A model generated the notes under the pieces. The model searched no databases, was not told the origin of the DNA, and saw only the letters and a list, made by a program, of their open reading frames with translations. A stretch of DNA of 30,829 nucleotides from a virus (taxonomy: Duplodnaviria; Caudoviricetes). The stretch is from IMG/VR virus record IMGVR_UViG_3300025421_000045, positions 1 through 30,829 of that record. The stretch is one strand, 5' to 3'. Each line of letters opens with the position of its first letter. Position 1 is the stretch's first letter. The position numbers and the translations under genes were made by a program. Shown here piece by piece: positions 26,123 to 30,829 of the stretch.

Positions 26123-26560
26123 ATGGCATCTAATTCTATAGTTTTATCCGCAACTTTACCTACAAAAACCACCAAATTGCTTGACCCGCAAGGTTATCCT
26201 AACCTGTCTTGGTATCTTTTTTGGAGAGCATTAGGTAATAATAATTCAACCATTGACCTTACTATTTTGGAAAGTGAAATTGCCACGGCTACGGCTACGG
26301 CAAATGAAGCATTATCTGAAGTCAGCACTGCAAAAACTGATGCTGCGGCTGCTTTGACATTAGCAGAAAGTTTGGAATTTGTTACTCCTTTAATCTATGC
26401 AAATGACGAAAATATTGCTCAACCCGTTTTTGCTACCAACTTTGAAGAAACTTCTGTTACTATTGTGAATAACCTCACAATATACGAAGATACTATAAAT
26501 ACACATAATAATAATAGTTTAATATTTGCTGCTTTGGACCAAGGTAGCCTTATAAGATAA
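26123..26560 (+). CDS. tail needle-like protein (P22 gp26 position)
   Basis: follows the gp10-like gene; LDPQG..N.SWY.FW then an Ala-rich helix. Confidence 0.55.
   Translation: MASNSIVLSATLPTKTTKLLDPQGYPNLSWYLFWRALGNNNSTIDLTILESEIATATATANEALSEVSTAKTDAAAALTLAESLEFVTPLIYANDENIAQPVFATNFEETSVTIVNNLTIYEDTINTHNNNSLIFAALDQGSLIR
26494..26501 (+). promoter_or_regulatory. perfect T4 late promoter octamer
   Basis: TATAAATA 67 nt before ATG 26569. Confidence 0.55.
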
Positions 26561-26568
26561 GGAATGAA

Positions 26569-26904
26569 ATGACAACCAGCGTATCAAATCAAGACACAGT
26601 ATTGTCCAATACAGCAATTACTGTTTTAACAAATTCTTCTCCCTTGAATCAAATCACTGTGACAAAAATGACAGTTTGTAATTTGGACTCTGTGGCTCAT
26701 GCCGTTTCAGTTTTCAGAGTTCCGGCTGGCGGTTCTACATCTAATGCTACTACTATGGTTTATCAATATCCAGTTTCTGGTGGAGCAACATTGAGTTTAG
26801 TAATGGGTGGTCATACTCTTGTCAATGGTCAAACATTTCAAGCACAAACTGACACAACCAATGCAGTTGTTAATTTGAGTGTTTCATATCAAGTGGTTTC
26901 ATGA
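26569..26904 (+). CDS. small beta-rich virion protein
   Basis: AAGGA SD; MTVCN.D....VSVF.VPAGG pattern. Confidence 0.75.
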   Translation: MTTSVSNQDTVLSNTAITVLTNSSPLNQITVTKMTVCNLDSVAHAVSVFRVPAGGSTSNATTMVYQYPVSGGATLSLVMGGHTLVNGQTFQAQTDTTNAVVNLSVSYQVVS

Positions 26905-27647
26905 TTAGAACATTAAATTCAAATATCATCAACGAAATTGCCAATCATGAAGATGTAAGATTTTGGCTTGCATATAATGATGAAGTCATTGATTTGGGTC
27001 ATCTCGTAAGCAATATCAATAATTATTGCTTTTTGACTGATGAACAAGATGGTGGCTACATTCTCGTTAATCATGGTAAAGGGCATTATGTTGCTCATAC
27101 TTTGGCTTTGCCTTCAGCGAGAGGTAAACCAATGTATCAATTGATGCAAGATGGTTTTAGATTTTTGTTTACGAATACAGATTGTGTTGAAATTTCAACA
27201 TTGGTTCCTGATGGTAACAAGAAGGCTTTGAATTGGGCAAATATTGCCGGTTTCAAACCCACTTTTAGAAGAGAAGAATTCTTCCCTCAGAATAACCAAA
27301 TGATTGGTGGTCAATTCTTTACAATGACATATCAAGATTGGGTTTTAAACTGCGAACATCTTTCACAAATTGGTGAAGATTTTCATGAAAAGATTGAAAC
27401 AGCCTTGGGGCATTTTAATCATCCTTATGATGCGGTTCACGATAAGTTCGTTGGAGCAACCATTTTGGGATGCAAATCTGGTAATATTACGAAGGCTATT
27501 GAGCAGTATAACAAGTGGGCTTTGCTTGCCGGATACTTACCGGTCCAAATCCTAAATAATACGCCGCCAACCATTTATATGGGAACGGCAATCATACAAA
27601 TCGGGCAAGACAATGAATTAGAAATTCTTGCCGTATCAGGAGAATAA
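26901..27647 (+). CDS. GNAT-fold virion assembly protein (P22 gp14-like)
   Basis: AHT..LP.ARGK and T.VP..N..A......GFK motifs; position before the ejection genes. Confidence 0.65.
   Translation: MIRTLNSNIINEIANHEDVRFWLAYNDEVIDLGHLVSNINNYCFLTDEQDGGYILVNHGKGHYVAHTLALPSARGKPMYQLMQDGFRFLFTNTDCVEISTLVPDGNKKALNWANIAGFKPTFRREEFFPQNNQMIGGQFFTMTYQDWVLNCEHLSQIGEDFHEKIETALGHFNHPYDAVHDKFVGATILGCKSGNITKAIEQYNKWALLAGYLPVQILNNTPPTIYMGTAIIQIGQDNELEILAVSGE
27552..27558 (+). promoter_or_regulatory. possible T4-late-like promoter core for the ejection genes
   Basis: CTAAATA 91 nt before ATG 27650. Confidence 0.4.
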
Positions 27648-27649
27648 TT

Positions 27650-28576
27650 ATGCCGGGGACAGCAGCAGCAGCGATTGGAAGCGTTGTCGGAGGAATCGGT
27701 GCCGCCGGTTCAGCAGCAGCAGGATTGGCATCTGCCGCCGCACCTTTTATTGGACCGGCAGGCACAATTATTAAAGGTATTACGGGTATGGGTGCGGCAG
27801 GAAATACTGCCGGGGCCGGTCAACAAGCCGCCGCCGATGCGAATGCTTTTAATCAACAAGTTTATGGTGCTGCTCAAGGTAATCTAAATCCCTTCATTCT
27901 TTCAGGCCAATCTGCCAATAATGAATTAGGCGGATTACTTGGTTTGAATGGTAATACAAATGCTCAAAATGCTTTTGATACGTTTCGCAAAAGTTCTCCT
28001 TATCAATTTCAATTGAATCAGGGATTGAATGCAATTGCTACTCAAAACGCCGGTCAATATGGAAGTGGGGCAACTGCCAAAGCGTTGAATAATTATGCTC
28101 AAGGACAAGCTGGTAGTGCTCTTGGAAATTACATGGCACAACTTGGGTTTTTAAATAATTCTGGCCAAACTGCCGCTGGGACACTAGCCGGGTTGGGAAA
28201 TGATGCTTCAAGACAATATGCCAGTAATTTGTATAATGGAGCCAATGCTTATGGGGCAGGGCAAGTTAATAGTGCCAATGCTCAAAATAGTATGACAAAT
28301 GGTTTGACTGGGGCTTTAAGTTCATTTTTGAATCCCGCTTCTACATCAAGTTATGGAAATGTAAAATTACCGGATATGAATGCTGTAACACCATATGAGG
28401 CACCAACAGGTGTCTTGGCAAACATGCCGAATTTTAATAATTTGAATTTAAGTAATACATTGCCAAATGTTTTACCAAGAGTATCGGGAGGTGTTCTTGG
28501 AGAAGATGGTTCAATGATTCCGTTTACAGATGGCGGAACACCGGCTGGTGCTGCTCCTCCCACACTTGGTTTGTAA
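27650..28576 (+). CDS. DNA ejection/transfer protein (P22 gp7-like)
   Basis: Gly/Ala N-terminus; LNPF...G..A, PYQFQLNQG and SGAT.KAL..Y motifs; AGGAG SD. Confidence 0.8.
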   Translation: MPGTAAAAIGSVVGGIGAAGSAAAGLASAAAPFIGPAGTIIKGITGMGAAGNTAGAGQQAAADANAFNQQVYGAAQGNLNPFILSGQSANNELGGLLGLNGNTNAQNAFDTFRKSSPYQFQLNQGLNAIATQNAGQYGSGATAKALNNYAQGQAGSALGNYMAQLGFLNNSGQTAAGTLAGLGNDASRQYASNLYNGANAYGAGQVNSANAQNSMTNGLTGALSSFLNPASTSSYGNVKLPDMNAVTPYEAPTGVLANMPNFNNLNLSNTLPNVLPRVSGGVLGEDGSMIPFTDGGTPAGAAPPTLGL

Positions 28577-28586
28577 GGATTAAAAA

Positions 28587-30829
28587 ATGGCTGATTTTCA
28601 ATTTGGCGGCGGCACTGCTTTAAATATTGCTCCGGATGTTCCGACATATACAGCACAAAAGGATGCTTCTGATTCTGCATTAAGTGTTCAACAAAATAAT
28701 GCAAAGCGTCAAGCACTTGGTGTTTTGGCTAACGTGGATGTCAATGACCCTGATTCCATCAATAAGGGCATGAATGCTCTTTTGGCAAGTGGTCAGGCAA
28801 CACAAGCAGCCGAACTTGCTAACCTTCAATATACCCGTTGGCAACGCCAAACCGGTCAACAAATTGTTGGAGCATTATCGCAAACACCCGCCGGTCAAGC
28901 ATTATTGGGTGGTGCTATGGGTGGACAGGCTCCGCAGCAACAAGCCCCGCAGCAGCAAGCTCCGCAGCAACAAACTGAACAACAAATGAATCCGCAACAA
29001 ATGGAGATGGCTCTTCATCAACATTTGATTGGAGATTTTCAACAAGCCGCGCAAATTACTGACCCAGACAAGTTGGCTGCTTTTAAACAATCCATGCATC
29101 AAAAATATGACGGAATTATTGGTCCGGATAGAGTGGAACAAGAACTTTCTACAGAAAAGAATCCTTCTGACTATCTTGCAAAGGCTGTTGAACACGCTAA
29201 AGCGGCTGAAGCCCTTCGTCAACAAATGAGTGGGGCACAATCGCCCCAGAATGCGTCAGGACAGGCTCCACAGGGTCAAGTGGCATCAACACAGCCGCAA
29301 GGCGTCCAAGGGTCTACAGCGGCCCCTGTAAACCCTTCTAGCGCCCCTGCCGGGTCTCCGGGTAATTTGGTCGGTCAGGGTCAAATGGCCGTTGAAGCAA
29401 ACCATGCAATCGCTGGTCAAGCCCCACAGGCTGACCCCAATGAAACGTTATGGAATGGTGTAAAACGTGGTCAAGCACAAGTTTTAGCCTCTCCTCAAGC
29501 GGCTGCTTTGGCATCTGCTTTAAAAACTACTGTTGGAATTGATTTGACACCGGTTATTAAGACAGGCCAAGATGCGCTTGACCCCGACAAATCTGCTGCA
29601 ACAACTCGTGCAACGGGTGTTGCTACAAATGATACACAAGCAGCAAAATCTGTAGCCGATTTGTTCTTGCCAAAAGAAACTTCACTTACCACAAAGAATG
29701 GTTCTACAGTTATCTTTAAAAATGATGCAGAAAAAATTGCTGCACTTTCGGCACCGGATGCTGCTCAAAAATATGGTGAAGATGTTGTTCAAAAAGGTCT
29801 TGCACAAGCGGGTCTTAAAGTTTCTATGGAACATTTTTATGACCCGACAACTGGTGCAGATTTGGGAGAACGTCCTGTTACTGAATTGCAAAAAATTCAA
29901 ACTGCAAACAATCAAGGCGGTCAAGGTCAAACTGTCATAACAGATAGAGCAGATAGAAACAATAATTATGGTAATGTGAAAGCCATCCCCGGTCATCCTT
30001 ATCCGGGTCAAGTGGCCACAGACGCTCAAGGTTTTGCAATTTTTAAAGATGTTGCATCTGGAAATGCTGCAATGGATAGAACAATCCTTCAGCGACAAAC
30101 TTTACACGGTTTGAATACCATTGATGGTATCATTGCAGACCCAAAATATGGTTATGACCCAAATAATCATCAATATGCTGCAACTGTCGCGGCTGCTTTA
30201 GGCGTAAAACCAACTGATACGGTTGATTTGCATGACCCAACTATTCGTCAAAAAATGATGAGTGTTATGCAACCTATTGAAAGAGGAACCGTGCGTTCAA
30301 GTCAGGCACCAACTCCTCAAATGGGAACTGCTCCTGCGGCTCAACAAACTTATAATACAGACCAGAATGCAAATTATAATACTAATTTGAAAACTGCACA
30401 GGAAAATATCCAAAGTTATCCTATGAAAGTTAATACTGGAATGCAAATCAAAGGGTTGGCTTCGCAAGTCGGAGCAGGGCCTTCTGCACAATTTCAACAA
30501 AATCTTGCAAATATTCTTTCTCCTATTTTCCCACAAGCAGCAAATCATGCGGCTAATGCACAACAACTTGAAGCGGATTTGGCAACAGGATTTAAAAATG
30601 TTATGACTTCTGGGGTTAGAAGCCAGAATGAATTTGATGCTGTTACAAAACCTTTGCCTACCTTGTTATCACAACAAGACAGATTGAAATTTTATGGGGC
30701 AGGAATTGCCGCTTCAGAACTTTTGAATCAAGCAAAAGACCAAGCACGTATTCTTTATGATAATACACACTCTGATAAATCCGAAGCAGGGTTTCAAAAA
30801 TATTGGCAATCCACTCCTCAATATCAAAA
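28587..30829 (+). CDS. large internal virion/ejection protein with lysozyme-like domain (3' partial), not in ORF track
   Basis: AAGGA SD; MADFQFGGG...; frame open to the window end; Q/A-rich; RNNNYGNV...GFAIF...LNTI.GII domain at ~29946-30290. Confidence 0.85.
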   Translation, partial: MADFQFGGGTALNIAPDVPTYTAQKDASDSALSVQQNNAKRQALGVLANVDVNDPDSINKGMNALLASGQATQAAELANLQYTRWQRQTGQQIVGALSQTPAGQALLGGAMGGQAPQQQAPQQQAPQQQTEQQMNPQQMEMALHQHLIGDFQQAAQITDPDKLAAFKQSMHQKYDGIIGPDRVEQELSTEKNPSDYLAKAVEHAKAAEALRQQMSGAQSPQNASGQAPQGQVASTQPQGVQGSTAAPVNPSSAPAGSPGNLVGQGQMAVEANHAIAGQAPQADPNETLWNGVKRGQAQVLASPQAAALASALKTTVGIDLTPVIKTGQDALDPDKSAATTRATGVATNDTQAAKSVADLFLPKETSLTTKNGSTVIFKNDAEKIAALSAPDAAQKYGEDVVQKGLAQAGLKVSMEHFYDPTTGADLGERPVTELQKIQTANNQGGQGQTVITDRADRNNNYGNVKAIPGHPYPGQVATDAQGFAIFKDVASGNAAMDRTILQRQTLHGLNTIDGIIADPKYGYDPNNHQYAATVAAALGVKPTDTVDLHDPTIRQKMMSVMQPIERGTVRSSQAPTPQMGTAPAAQQTYNTDQNANYNTNLKTAQENIQSYPMKVNTGMQIKGLASQVGAGPSAQFQQNLANILSPIFPQAANHAANAQQLEADLATGFKNVMTSGVRSQNEFDAVTKPLPTLLSQQDRLKFYGAGIAASELLNQAKDQARILYDNTHSDKSEAGFQKYWQSTPQYQ
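28926..28973 (+). repeat. 3 x 15-bp tandem repeat encoding QAPQQ
   Basis: CAGGCTCCGCAGCAA / CAAGCCCCGCAGCAG / CAAGCTCCGCAGCAA. Confidence 0.9.

Noticed and set aside
28151-28626. TTAAATA at 28151 and 28620
   Set aside because: Inside CDSs with no suitable downstream start; compatible with chance in AT-rich DNA
5779-30829. Stop-codon reassignment, introns or inteins
   Set aside because: Core genes are full length and tightly packed in the standard code

Overview
About 31 kb of a tailed dsDNA phage genome with podovirus (P22-like tail/ejection) architecture. The host is probably an alphaproteobacterium, judged from RpoD promoters of the (C/G)TTGAC-N17-(C/T)TATAT type and CtrA-like boxes. Layout: AT-rich repeat-rich ori-like region (1-330); AP2-domain gene, holin-like gene and coiled-coil gene (331-1179); an early/regulatory block of small genes with sigma70-type promoters, intrinsic terminators and two candidate sRNAs (1180-5283); then a complete morphogenesis block (TerS, TerL, portal, GroES, scaffold, decoration protein, major capsid, adaptor, lectin/fibre proteins, gp10-like hub, gp14-like GNAT, ejection proteins) running off the right edge. 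The main unexplained signal is that late genes are preceded by the T4 gp55-type late promoter core (T/A/C)TAAATA rather than sigma70 promoters. This includes two antisense genes where the motif lies exactly 5 nt before the ATG. No gp55/gp33/gp45 homologue is recognisable in the window, so the phage either carries its own T4-type late transcription machinery elsewhere or borrows it from a helper phage. All calls come from reading the sequence; no database searches were run, and motif counts are manual.
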